Positions 41,701 to 51,464 are shown, counted from the stretch's first letter. The stretch is DNA of 64,000 nt from an uncultured Nitrososphaerota archaeon (GCA_963718895.1 CAVRAG010000008.1:800001-864000), one strand, 5' to 3'. Program-made: numbers and translations. The notes: a model not told the origin generated them from the letters alone.

Positions 41701-41970
41701 CTACGCGAGCGACAGTTTGACCTTGAGCTCCAGTACCTCGTTGAGAGCCTCGATTTCCTCCGAGAGGGTCTCCGGACTGCGGTCCCCTGCCCTTGGTATT
41801 CTGGTCAGGAGCTTCTCTTCGAGCGCGCCGAGGACTTCCCTGACTTCCCTTGCTTTCGCTTGATCCGCGCATCGATCACCCTGTCGGCCCACTCGCTTCT
41901 CTTCTTGGGGTCGTCGAGCACGCGTTTTTCGAACGCCTTCCAGTCCTCTTCGGTGTACTCGTCATCCATC
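41701..41970 (-). CDS. Small hypothetical coiled-coil protein, frameshift near 41860
   Basis: MDDEYTEEDWKAFEKR joins AREVREVLGALEEKLL. Confidence 0.5.
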
Positions 41971-42470
41971 ATTCGCACCGAATGCTGTCGCGATGATATA
42001 AGCACCATGGGCCTCTAGGATCTTGAGAGGCGGCTTTCATTGGCGGTCAAGAGCACCGATGAACTTCTGCTTAGTTACTTGAAGCGCCGAATGAACCTCG
42101 AAGGGACGTCGTAGGCGTCCGGGAGAATTGTTCTAGACTTAACGCTGAGTCCGTCGACTCGGCCGGTGAGACTGGAGATGTGGCGAACGAGGACGATTTT
42201 AGATTCACAGTATGATCTCACCCTTCATCATGAATACATGCGGGGGTCACGCTCTCAAGTCAAACAGGATGAGTGGATCGAGTTCGCCAAGACTCATCTT
42301 TCCTGCTGCGGTGCTGACGCCGCTCGTGATTATGCTGTTTCATGGCGACGCCCTTCCCACCACCTCCACCGGTACCGCAATTCCCTCTCGGCGGAGCCCT
42401 GCTGGTAGCGCTCGCTTTTCCCCTGGTACTGCTTCTGAGAAGAAGCAAGTTGCGGCAGATTTGATGACTC

Positions 42471-42597
42471 GGCCTATCCCAGGACTATCCTCCGATAGAG
42501 CATGACCGAGCAGGCCAGCTGGACGAGCGCAAGTTAGTTCTCCGCCTTCTCCCATCCTAGCTTGGGATTCCCGGCTGTGTCATGGAGCCGTACGCGC
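42471..42597 (-). mobile_element. Degraded IS5-family transposase 3' end
   Basis: RWEKAEN*LALVQLACSVMLYRRIVLG* resembles the IS5 tail; ends in GGGATAGGC. Confidence 0.6.
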
Positions 42598-42602
42598 GCC
42601 TG

Positions 42603-43289
42603 TTAGGTATCGTCGCTCTTCGGACTTCTGAAGAACGTTGCGTTGATGAGAATCGTCCCTATCAGGGGGATCCACCACAGAGCGAACCGGAGGGGGACAT
42701 GGTCGTATGACCAGTCCCAGGCCTGCGGCAGGACGGTGAACAGGAACAGGACCGCGAAGAAGGCGTTCGCTTTAGCCGCGAGCCTCGCCTTGCGCAGGTA
42801 TCCCCGGGGGATGAGGTGCTTCTCTTCGACCGAGAGGTTGTAGCTGAAGAAGCCGAGTATCCCCGCGACCCCGGCCAGGACCAATCCGTAGAGCTGCGAG
42901 GAATAGTCGACCAGCGGCGTGGGCGCGGGGATGGGGAGCGGCGGGCTCTTGAACTGCACCCCGTTGATGAGATAGGACATCAGGATTATCAGGAGGAGCA
43001 GGAAGGCGTTCGCGAAGACCATCTTGCCCGTCTCCACGGGCATCCTGGACATGACCATCGTGTACTGGAGCCAGACCGCGATGAGGACGACGAAGTTGAA
43101 GATGAAGGCGATCAGGCGCGGGGTCAGCTCGTCTGGGGTCGTGGGGGGCTGGGCGACGAGGGACAACGCGCCGACGGACAGGGCAAGCCCGAACATCAGG
43201 TCGGAGAGCGACTCGATGCGCCTCCTCGAGATGGGGCCCTGGGGCTTCCCTCCATCCTCTTCCTTCTGGTCTCTTTCGTCGTCGGGCAA
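42603..43289 (-). CDS. TMEM175/DUF1211 family channel
   Basis: RIESLSDLMFGLALSV variant of RxxxFSD; about six TM. Confidence 0.8.
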   Translation of the reverse strand: MPDDERDQKEEDGGKPQGPISRRRIESLSDLMFGLALSVGALSLVAQPPTTPDELTPRLIAFIFNFVVLIAVWLQYTMVMSRMPVETGKMVFANAFLLLLIILMSYLINGVQFKSPPLPIPAPTPLVDYSSQLYGLVLAGVAGILGFFSYNLSVEEKHLIPRGYLRKARLAAKANAFFAVLFLFTVLPQAWDWSYDHVPLRFALWWIPLIGTILINATFFRSPKSDDT

Positions 43290-43615
43290 AGAGCAAGACA
43301 GGGCATCAGGGCGCGCCCAGATTTAAGGTGCTTGTGACTGGTCGAACGCGGGTCTCTTCGCAGTTCCCGCCGAGAGCGCAGCCGGCAGCCTGGGGCTCGT
43401 AGCCGCCTGTGCGCTCGAGGGCGTGCGCAAAGTTCGCGACGAAGCGCTCGTCATGCGGAGTGATCAGGGGCTCAAGAGTCGTTGAAAAGGTCCGTCGAGT
43501 CCAAACATCTTTCAAGGTTCTACGGCCGCTCTAATCGCGGTTCTAGCAGATTCCGATTATGCTCGAGGCAAGCATATAACCGCCGGTCCCCATACCAATC
43601 CACGCCGAAACTCGA

Positions 43616-45166
43616 ATGCAGCGAAGAGATTTCCTCAAGGCGAGCCTCGCGGCGGCGGCCGTCTCGGTCGCGGGTCTTTATGGACTCGACCAGCTTGCCT
43701 CGGTGAACGCGGCCGCCCTGGCCCTTCCGAGTCTGGCAAGGAATGCGGGGTCGGCGGTCCATGTCTTCACCTCGACGATCGAGAGCATGCAGTCCCTCCA
43801 GACCAGCTACGACGTCCAGACTACGTCAACGACGAGCACGACCACGTCGACGACGAACTCTGACGTAATCCCCGACGAGCTTCAGGTGCCACACCTCCTC
43901 AGGAGGGCGAGCTTCGGGGGGACCCCGATAGAGCTCCAGAACTATCAGGACATGGGTTTCGAGGGCGCCGTCGACTACCTCCTGAACTACCTCGACGTCA
44001 CCTCGAACGACGTCCCCGCGGCTCCTAACATAGTGCTGTCTTATTCCGGGCAGCAGACCGGGAACCCCCTCCAAGCCCTGCAGACCTGGTGGCTTCAGAG
44101 GATGGTCGGGACGTATCGCCCCCTCGAGGAGAAGATGACCCTCTTCTGGGCCAACCACTTTGCTACGGGGTACTCCAAGGTGGAGAACGCCTACCTGATG
44201 TACAAACAGAACGACTTCCTGAGGCTGAACGCCCTCGGCAACTTCGAGGACATCCTGACTGGCATCACGGCTGACGGGGCGATGCTGATCTGGCTCGACG
44301 GGAACCAGAGCCGGAAGGGGAACCCGAACGAGAACTACGCCAGGGAGGTGATGGAGGTCTTCTCGACCGGAAGGGGTCCATACACGCAGGACGACGTGAC
44401 GAACGGCGCCCTAGCCTTCACCGGGTACGAGATCGATGCGAACGGCAACGGGTACTTCAACCCCGCCCTGCACGACAACTCCACCAAGACCTTCATGGGC
44501 GTCACGGGGAACCTTGGCCCCGAAGACATCATCGACATACTCGTGGCGCATCCTGCCACGGCCGCCAACCTCTCGACTGAGCTCTTCGAGTTCTTCGCAT
44601 ACCCCAACCCCTCGCAGGACACGGTGAACGGCCTCGCGCAAGTTTACCTCGACAGCGGGTACGACATCAAGGCGCTGGTTCAGGCCATTCTCACCTCCCC
44701 TGAGTTCGTCTCCTCGTCGGCATACCTCGCCAACGTGAAGAGCCCAGCGGAGTACATCGCCACCTCGATGCGCTCCCTAGGAGCTACGGCCAACATGAAC
44801 GGCGCCGTCTCCGCGATGGGGAACATGGGGCAGGAACTCTTCAACCCACCCTCCGTCTTCGGATGGCCATCGGGGGAGGGGTGGATCAACACGGCTTCGG
44901 TCCTCGAGAGATACAACTTCCCTCCGATGATCCAGACGACGCAGGACAACCCCGACAGCCTCCTCGATGCTACGAAGTACTTCGCGCCGAAGAGCCAGAA
45001 CTCCGCTGACGTCGAGGCGATCGCGAACATCCTCTTCCCCGATGGGGTCCCAGCACCTCTGCTGCAGGTGATACAGAACTCGACCTCGGGATTGACGACC
45101 CCGGTCCTTCAGACCCTGGACGCGGTGAGGCTCGTGATGGCCACACCGTTCTACAACCTGAACTGA
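43616..45166 (+). CDS. DUF1800 family protein with Tat signal
   Basis: RRDFLK; HLLRRASFG, LEEKMTLFWANHF, NENYARE, PPSVFGW. Confidence 0.92.
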   Translation: MQRRDFLKASLAAAAVSVAGLYGLDQLASVNAAALALPSLARNAGSAVHVFTSTIESMQSLQTSYDVQTTSTTSTTTSTTNSDVIPDELQVPHLLRRASFGGTPIELQNYQDMGFEGAVDYLLNYLDVTSNDVPAAPNIVLSYSGQQTGNPLQALQTWWLQRMVGTYRPLEEKMTLFWANHFATGYSKVENAYLMYKQNDFLRLNALGNFEDILTGITADGAMLIWLDGNQSRKGNPNENYAREVMEVFSTGRGPYTQDDVTNGALAFTGYEIDANGNGYFNPALHDNSTKTFMGVTGNLGPEDIIDILVAHPATAANLSTELFEFFAYPNPSQDTVNGLAQVYLDSGYDIKALVQAILTSPEFVSSSAYLANVKSPAEYIATSMRSLGATANMNGAVSAMGNMGQELFNPPSVFGWPSGEGWINTASVLERYNFPPMIQTTQDNPDSLLDATKYFAPKSQNSADVEAIANILFPDGVPAPLLQVIQNSTSGLTTPVLQTLDAVRLVMATPFYNLN

Positions 45167-45176
45167 TGGCGAGAGA

Positions 45177-46445
45177 ATGAAGACATCGAGACGAACCTTC
45201 CTGAAGGAGATGGCAAAGTCGTTCGGGAAAATCCCGTCGATAACGCCCATGAGCTTCGGTCCGACGGTCGTCGAGGCGAGCGACCTGGGGCTCGGACCAC
45301 TTCAGAGTGCGTCGAATCGCACACTCGTCGTCATACAGCTCATGGGAGGGAACGACGGCATCAACACCATCGTGCCCTACGGCCAGCCCGCGTACTACAC
45401 CAACAGGCCGACGCTGGGGCTCTCAGGGAGCCAGATACTCCCCATCGACGGCAACGTCGCTTTCAACGCGAATATGTCGGCGCTCTCGCAGATATACAGC
45501 AAGAACAACGTCGCGATAGTCCAGGGCGTCTCCTACCCGAACCCCAACCTCTCGCACTTCGAGGCCACGGCGATCTGGGAGAGCGGCTCCCCGGACAACC
45601 CCCAGACGACTGGATGGCTGGGGCGCTACCTGGACGCTGCGACTCAGGCGGACTCCACTACGGTGGCCGTCAACCTCAACGACCTTCTCCCGCAGACCCT
45701 GGAGGGCGTCTCCTCGAGTCCCCTCTCGATCGGGACCCTGACCGGCTTCAAACTCTCGCCGCTGGGGAAGATACCGGCCGCGAGCCAGCAGAACGACATC
45801 CAGACGCTGAACAACGTCGGTCTCAACCAGTCGGGGTGCGTCGCGTGCCAGGAGTACAACTCGCTCGTCTCTCAGATGATGCAGTCGGGCCTCGATGCGC
45901 TCAGCGCTTCCACGCTGATACAGACGGCGGCGAGCGCCTACCAGGCCACGGTGACCTATCCCAACAACGACTTCGCGAACAGGCTCAAGCTGGCGGCGGC
46001 GATCGTCACGTCGAGCCTGACCCCAAAGGTCGTCTACGTGACCCTCGGCGGGTTCGACACCCACGCGTCCCAGCTCGCGACTCAGAACGGTCTTCTCAAG
46101 ACCCTCTCAGACGGGCTCGCCGCGTTCTACGACGACCTCTCCGGTCAGGGGGTGGCCAACAGCACCGCGATCATGACCTTCTCCGAGTTCGGCAGGAGGG
46201 TCAAGGAGAACGGTAGCAAGGGAACGGACCACGGCTCGTCGCTCCCTCAGTTGATAATGGGCGGGCAGGTGAGCGCCGGTCTCTACGGCACCTATCCCGA
46301 CCTCACCAACCTCGACTCCTCCGGCAACCTCCTGTTCGACATAGACTATCGGCAGGTGTACGCCTCGGTCCTCGACGACTGGCTCGGGGTCGACTCGACC
46401 AGCATCCTCGGCTCGCAGTGGAACAAGGTCTCGGTCTTCAAATAG
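45177..46445 (+). CDS. DUF1501 family protein
   Basis: GGNDGINT, NLSHF, GGFDTH, FSEFGRR, GTDHG, DYRQVY. Confidence 0.92.
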   Translation: MKTSRRTFLKEMAKSFGKIPSITPMSFGPTVVEASDLGLGPLQSASNRTLVVIQLMGGNDGINTIVPYGQPAYYTNRPTLGLSGSQILPIDGNVAFNANMSALSQIYSKNNVAIVQGVSYPNPNLSHFEATAIWESGSPDNPQTTGWLGRYLDAATQADSTTVAVNLNDLLPQTLEGVSSSPLSIGTLTGFKLSPLGKIPAASQQNDIQTLNNVGLNQSGCVACQEYNSLVSQMMQSGLDALSASTLIQTAASAYQATVTYPNNDFANRLKLAAAIVTSSLTPKVVYVTLGGFDTHASQLATQNGLLKTLSDGLAAFYDDLSGQGVANSTAIMTFSEFGRRVKENGSKGTDHGSSLPQLIMGGQVSAGLYGTYPDLTNLDSSGNLLFDIDYRQVYASVLDDWLGVDSTSILGSQWNKVSVFK

Positions 46446-46470
46446 GACGGCCCTCCGCAGGAGGGCAGAG

Positions 46471-47127
46471 ATGAAAGGAAGGCTCATCGTCGCGGCCGCG
46501 GGGGTACTGATCATCTTCGCCGCCGCAGCCTTCGTCGGTGCGTCCTTTGTGCGCCACTCGACGACGAGCACCAGCCAGTCCATCACCACCGCCTCTTCCC
46601 CGAGCACTTCATCGTCATACGCCCAGTCCGGCTCGACGACGACATCCACGCCTTCCTCCACGACCTTGACCACGACCTCCGCCTCCACGAGCTCAACTTC
46701 GACGGCTCTCTCGAGCTCCGCTTCGTCGGCGTCCACGACCAGCTCGAGCACCGCTTCATCGACATCGTCCAGCTCGACGACCTCGAGCAGCCAGAGTTCC
46801 ACGACGACCTCTAGCTCGAGTTCATCCCCCACGCCAACGATGATAGTGATCCCCTATGACACGGGGGACAACGAATCCTTGAACTTCACTCCCTCAAACG
46901 TCACCGTGGTGATTGGGGTGAACAACACCATCACGTGGGTGGACGAGGATGCGATACAGCACACCGTCGTCTCCCTCTCCGTTCCGCAGGGCGCGCAGAG
47001 GTGGAACTCGGGTATCCTCAACCAGGCCCAGGAGTTCACGGTAACCCTCACCGTCCCGGGCAAGTACCTGTACTACTGCGACATCCACCCGACCTGGATG
47101 AGGGGCACGATCATCGTGAAGCCCTGA
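46471..47127 (+). CDS. Membrane-anchored blue copper (plastocyanin-like) protein with S/T stalk
   Basis: QHTV...YYCDIHPTWM type-1 Cu ligands. Confidence 0.9.
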   Translation: MKGRLIVAAAGVLIIFAAAAFVGASFVRHSTTSTSQSITTASSPSTSSSYAQSGSTTTSTPSSTTLTTTSASTSSTSTALSSSASSASTTSSSTASSTSSSSTTSSSQSSTTTSSSSSSPTPTMIVIPYDTGDNESLNFTPSNVTVVIGVNNTITWVDEDAIQHTVVSLSVPQGAQRWNSGILNQAQEFTVTLTVPGKYLYYCDIHPTWMRGTIIVKP

Positions 47128-47215
47128 TTGAAGGTTTGATCGAGATGAAACAACCCGCGAAGAATTCGACGAAGAGCGAATGAACGCGCAGTCGACGAGT
47201 CGTCTTAGCGAGGAC

Positions 47216-47932
47216 CTACCGGCCGAGGCCTATGAAAGCAGGGGCCATCTTCCTCAGCACCAGAAGCGCGGGGACGAGGAAGACGAAGAGGAGGGCGAAC
47301 CCGAACGGGAACTCCGGGACGCCTACGGTGGAGCACCCCCTGGTTATCTGGATGAAGTTAGAGCCGGATTCCTCAGTTATGCTAGCGGCCGAGGGTGCTA
47401 TCGTTCCACCGCATTCGTTGGTGATCGTGCCGAAGTTGTCGACGCCGGTGCCGCCGGTGTTCTCGATGTTGATCGTGCCGTAGTTGTAGATGACGCCACC
47501 GGGGGTAAAGTTGGCGATGCCAGTGGTCACCGCGCCGGAGGTCTCAATGTTGATAGTGCCGTGGTTGGTGATGGTGCCGAAGCTGGAGATGCCATCGCCG
47601 TCGTTGTCCTGGATGTTGATTATGCCCCCGCTGTCGACCGTGAGAGAGGCGCCGCCGGCGACCGATATGAAGCCATTACTTGTTGTCGTGAGGGTCGTCC
47701 CGGAGGGAACTTCAAGGGTGTCCCCTGTACTGATCGTATAGCCCGAGCCCCCCGAAACTGTGCACGTCCCGGAGCTCCAGGACCCTCCTATCGGGGAGAC
47801 GCATGTAGAACTATTGAGAGTAATAGTAGTCGCCGCGTGTGCGGCCGGGACAACGCCGAGGGCGAAAATCCCCACCAGGGCGAAAGCGACCGCGACCCTA
47901 ACGTGCGCGGACCTGCTGCCATGTTGGAACAT
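47216..47932 (-). CDS. Secreted beta-helix-like protein with PEF-CTERM
   Basis: Signal peptide (AHA); GTINIE repeats; GVPEFP + TM. Confidence 0.8.
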   Translation of the reverse strand: MFQHGSRSAHVRVAVAFALVGIFALGVVPAAHAATTITLNSSTCVSPIGGSWSSGTCTVSGGSGYTISTGDTLEVPSGTTLTTTSNGFISVAGGASLTVDSGGIINIQDNDGDGISSFGTITNHGTINIETSGAVTTGIANFTPGGVIYNYGTINIENTGGTGVDNFGTITNECGGTIAPSAASITEESGSNFIQITRGCSTVGVPEFPFGFALLFVFLVPALLVLRKMAPAFIGLGR

Positions 47933-48004
47933 GTTCTGGGCGTTTTTCGCACGTCTTGGATTTAAGGGTTCAGGCTTTGAAGTTCAGGGCGATGAATCCC
48001 AGAT

Positions 48005-48385
48005 TCATGTCCCGCAAGAGACTCTGGCCATCCAGGTCTGGATGTGAGTCTCTTCGCAGTTCTCGCGGAGGTTGTAGCCGGGTCGCCGGGCGGTGCCCCT
48101 GGTGAATATCGCCAGCTCATCCGACGGCAGGAGAAACATCGTCCTTCTCATGCACCACGCCCTCACCAGCGTCCTTTCCTTCCACAGCGCAGTGTCCACG
48201 TCCTGGATGCTGGGCACCTCGACCCGTGTCCAAAGCGACATCTGAGCCGCCAACAGCACCTGTGCCTGCGCCCCCATCATGTCGCCGGCTGCCGAACCCA
48301 GGGCTGCGGCAGGGGCCCGCTTTGAGAGATGGTGCCGGGAAAGCCTGAAGGCGGCCACCTAGTTCCAAGAGGCTCGGATGGCGTC
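48005..48385 (-). pseudogene. AlkZ/YcaQ-like winged-helix DNA glycosylase, N-terminal remnant
   Basis: FRLSRHHL, GAQAQ, LWTR, LVRAWCMRRTMFLL; TAG at 48359-48361; C-terminal two thirds absent. Confidence 0.75.
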
Positions 48386-48491
48386 TTCCCCGGAAGAAAG
48401 AGCAGCCTCCGAGATATAAAATCGCCCGGCTCTCGACAGGTCCAAGTTTTGGTTCCAGATGATTTGAGACTTCGGCGCGATTCGCGGGGAA

Positions 48492-48941
48492 TCACGTCTC
48501 TCGTTCGACCCGCTGCCCGAAGAAGCCCTTCGCAGAGAGGAGCAGCCCCAGCACCGCCGGCAGGGTGGAGAAGAGCCCGGTGTACCAGCCTCCCCAGCTC
48601 AGGTAGTCGAAGGCGCTGGTTACCAGTCCCACGACGACGAAGAGCAGAATCGAGTACCATCCCCACTTTTCGCCCCGTCTGAAAGCCTTGATGCCGATCA
48701 GGACGGCGAACAACCCGATAGCCGCGGCGTAGAAGTTGATGTAGAGCTGGTTCCATGTGAGGCTAGTCAGGGCCTGAGCCGAGTAGCCGGCGACCGACCC
48801 GCTCACCGCCACACCCCAACCGCACGATGGAAAGCAGGCGGCCGCCGTCGCGCCGAACACGATCCCTGCGACGGTCCAGGCCGCACCGCCAAGCACGACG
48901 AGCGCGACCGCGTACCTCGAGACCACGGCCTGACCGGCCAT
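48492..48941 (-). CDS. Membrane protein
   Basis: Four TM; AFRRGEKWGW. Confidence 0.7.
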   Translation of the reverse strand: MAGQAVVSRYAVALVVLGGAAWTVAGIVFGATAAACFPSCGWGVAVSGSVAGYSAQALTSLTWNQLYINFYAAAIGLFAVLIGIKAFRRGEKWGWYSILLFVVVGLVTSAFDYLSWGGWYTGLFSTLPAVLGLLLSAKGFFGQRVERET

Positions 48942-48948
48942 CGCTGTC

Positions 48949-49359
48949 TCACTTCGCGCCGGGACTTTCCTGCGTCCGCACCTTCACGGAGATGACGGCA
49001 GTCAGCCGTTCCCCCCTCAGCCGGGCGACTCGATCCACGATCGCGCTCCCGATCGCACCGTATTCTTTCCTGAAGAGTTTCTGTATCCGGACGACTTCAT
49101 CCCCCTCCACCGCGTGCGCGTCTCCGTCGACCCAGGGTCCGGTCGGCTTTCCGTTCCTGTCCGAGAGCGCTATGCGGACATGAGCGTCCCTCCTGATCCT
49201 CTTTACCTTCCATGTCCTCGGGTCTGTGCGGAACCAGACCAGACCGCCGTCTTCGATGGACTGGACGGGAGTCAGTTTCGGGGTCCCGTCCTTCTTGTAC
49301 GACTCTACGGTGATGTACCTTCGCCCTGAGAACTGCTCGACGGGATTCCCTGGTTCCAT
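48949..49359 (-). CDS. PPOX-class F420-dependent oxidoreductase
   Basis: YITVESYKKDGTPKLTPV...WKVKRIRRDAHV. Confidence 0.88.
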   Translation of the reverse strand: MEPGNPVEQFSGRRYITVESYKKDGTPKLTPVQSIEDGGLVWFRTDPRTWKVKRIRRDAHVRIALSDRNGKPTGPWVDGDAHAVEGDEVVRIQKLFRKEYGAIGSAIVDRVARLRGERLTAVISVKVRTQESPGAK

Positions 49360-49450
49360 AACGGTCGTCTGGCGAGAATTTGGTCTGCTTCGGTTAATAA
49401 AGGAGAGATGCGATTCCCAGCAATGGGAGCCGGACTCGCCCGCGTCGCGC

Positions 49451-49495
49451 CTACCCGGAGATTTTCACCTTGGTCGCTTGGACCTGGTCCGGCGT
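49451..49495 (-). repeat. ATPase-tail repeat copy B
   Basis: TPDQVQATKVKISG*. Confidence 0.7.
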
Positions 49496-49576
49496 CTAGG
49501 TTGGTGAGGGTTGGGAACGTGACAGAGATCCTGTTCAGCAGCGTGCTCGAAGCTCGGTGCCTCTACACGGAGATGT

Positions 49577-49735
49577 CGGAAAGGCATAAACGGGACGAGA
49601 AGAGGTTGAGGGAAGAATGACCTCGGCGAGGCTAACGAAGAAGAAGGAGGCTGAGCTTAGGCTCGTCGCGGACTCCACTCATGACGCCCTGCTAGCGACT
49701 GCGGCCAAAGTAACAAAGGTCGCCAAGAGCTAGGG
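49577..49735 (+). repeat. ~160-bp direct repeat copy 1, includes 38-aa ORF 49617..49733
   Basis: MTSARLTKKKEAELRLVADSTHDALLATAAKVTKVAKS*. Confidence 0.85.
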
Positions 49736-49747
49736 CCCCAGTGCGGG

Positions 49748-49957
49748 TCAGCGTCTGCCTGAGATTTTTGATACTATCAAGGGGGCATCCTCCTTGAACG
49801 AGCGCTTGGCTCCGAGGATTTCTATTCCGATGATTTCGCCCTTGGCCGATAGATCAACGACGACGTTCTTGGACACCTCTACGCTCTTCCAGTATTCGCG
49901 ATTCTTCAGCTGTATGCCGAGAATATCCTCCTTCTCGTCGTACCAGGTCTCGCTCAA
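49748..49957 (-). CDS. DUF2283 putative antitoxin
   Basis: YDEKEDILGI...VVDLSAKGEIIGIEILGA. Confidence 0.85.
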   Translation of the reverse strand: MSETWYDEKEDILGIQLKNREYWKSVEVSKNVVVDLSAKGEIIGIEILGAKRSFKEDAPLIVSKISGRR

Positions 49958-49966
49958 GGTGTTCGA

Positions 49967-50212
49967 CTAATCGAGCCAGTACGCAGTTATAATCTTATAC
50001 CTTCTCGGACCGATGATTCTGTATGCGACCTTGAGCGTTCGACCCACAGATGGGACGCGAAAGGTCGCGTTTAGTGCATCCTCCCATCTCGCGTCCCTTC
50101 TTGTTGTTCCGCGAAGGATCGTGGCGAGTATGAATTCATCAGTGACCGTGGACCTGTACTTCCTCTTTCGCTTCCAGTGCTCGGTCGGCTCTAGGCTCGT
50201 GTCCTTTCGTCT
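49967..50212 (-). pseudogene. DUF4258/RelE-like toxin without canonical start
   Basis: Manual translation SLEPTEHWKRK...GRTLKVAYR...YKIITAYWLD*, directly upstream of DUF2283. Confidence 0.7.
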
Positions 50213-50296
50213 CTAGGATGAGATTCGGGCTGATAAACCCAACCAAGCTCGGCGGGTACCACCTCATATCGCGACGCTCGAGTACACTTAGCTCAG

Positions 50297-50455
50297 CGGA
50301 AAGGCACAAACGGGACGAGAAGAGGTTGAGAGAAGTATGACCGCGGAGAGGCTAACGAAGAAGAAGGAGGCTGAACTTAGGCTCATCGCCGACTCCACCT
50401 ATGACGCCGTCCTGGCCACTGCGGTCAAGGTACCAAGGGTCGCCAAGAGTTAGGG
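50297..50455 (+). repeat. ~160-bp direct repeat copy 2, includes 38-aa ORF 50337..50453
   Basis: MTAERLTKKKEAELRLIADSTYDAVLATAVKVPRVAKS*; offset 720 bp from copy 1. Confidence 0.85.
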
Positions 50456-50698
50456 ATTCGGACGGGAAGCCGTCTGGCCCTCCCAAACAGCTCAATTCCG
50501 ATTCTACACCCTGATCAAGCCTGAATCACGGCATTTGCCCCAGGCGGAGCACATAGACGCGACTCACGACACTCACCGGTATGGCTCGCCACTTCTCATG
50601 CTCGCAACCCTTACGGCCATTCTCATCGCCTTCGCGAATGAAGGCAAATGGTCGCTGCGCTTAAGTAGTACCAAGCGCATGTAGTACTGCGAGAGATT

Positions 50699-50929
50699 AT
50701 GGCTGAAGAAGTGGTAGTAACCCGGAAGGGCCAGACAACAGTTCCGATTAGACTGAGGAAGAAATATGGCATATCCGAGGGAACGAGACTTGTAGTTGAG
50801 GACACCGGTACAGGCATCCTGTTCCGGAAGGCGTCGAGCGTCCTGGACTTGGCAGGCACGGGCGCCAAGTCTGCTACTGTGGACGAAATGAAGAAGCTGC
50901 TGGACGAGATGAGAGCCGAAGAGGATTGA
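50699..50929 (+). CDS. vapB: AbrB/MazE antitoxin
   Basis: VTRKGQTTVPIRLRKKYGI. Confidence 0.9.
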   Translation: MAEEVVVTRKGQTTVPIRLRKKYGISEGTRLVVEDTGTGILFRKASSVLDLAGTGAKSATVDEMKKLLDEMRAEED

Positions 50930-51315
50930 AAGGCAGTTCCTTCGACACAAGGTTTTTGGTGGAACTGTTCTATTCTACAGATGAAAACACCCAGAGCAAG
51001 ATCAGAGCCATACTTCTAAACTCGAAGCCGAATATCCTCTCGACCGCTGCTCTTTCAGAAGTCTACAAGCTCACCCTAGAAAAGGAGGGCGAGGATGTGG
51101 CTGAGATCCGAGCGAATTCCCTAGGTAAGGACTTCCGGTTGGTAGACGTGGACAAAGAAATCGCCATTCAAGCGGCAATCATCAAGCACAGGTACGGGAT
51201 ACCCTTTGCCGATAGCTTGATCGCGTCTACCGCCACGGTCCTCGGCGTACCTTGCTACACCGACGACCCGCACTTTCACGACATCTCGGGTTTGAACGTA
51301 AAGTGGCTTCGCTGA
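50926..51315 (+). CDS. vapC: PIN-domain VapC toxin
   Basis: FDTRFL, SEV, ADSLIA, TDDPHF; 4-bp overlap with antitoxin. Confidence 0.9.
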   Translation: MKGSSFDTRFLVELFYSTDENTQSKIRAILLNSKPNILSTAALSEVYKLTLEKEGEDVAEIRANSLGKDFRLVDVDKEIAIQAAIIKHRYGIPFADSLIASTATVLGVPCYTDDPHFHDISGLNVKWLR

Positions 51316-51464
51316 AGACGAGAAGCTTGCTGATTCCCACCATTCGAGACCCTGCACCAGGCTCTCCTCATCAGGGACCTGAAGAGAGGCCTACGGGCGT
51401 TCGCGAAACCATAATCGGCCAAGCGGGGCAATGACTCCGGCCCGAACGTCTGAGAGTCGTCTGG

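Noticed and set aside
46550-46830. Repetitive TCG/ACG/AGC tract (also ~52490-52640 and ~63010-63170)
   Set aside because: Encodes Ser/Thr stalks of surface proteins, not a DNA repeat element
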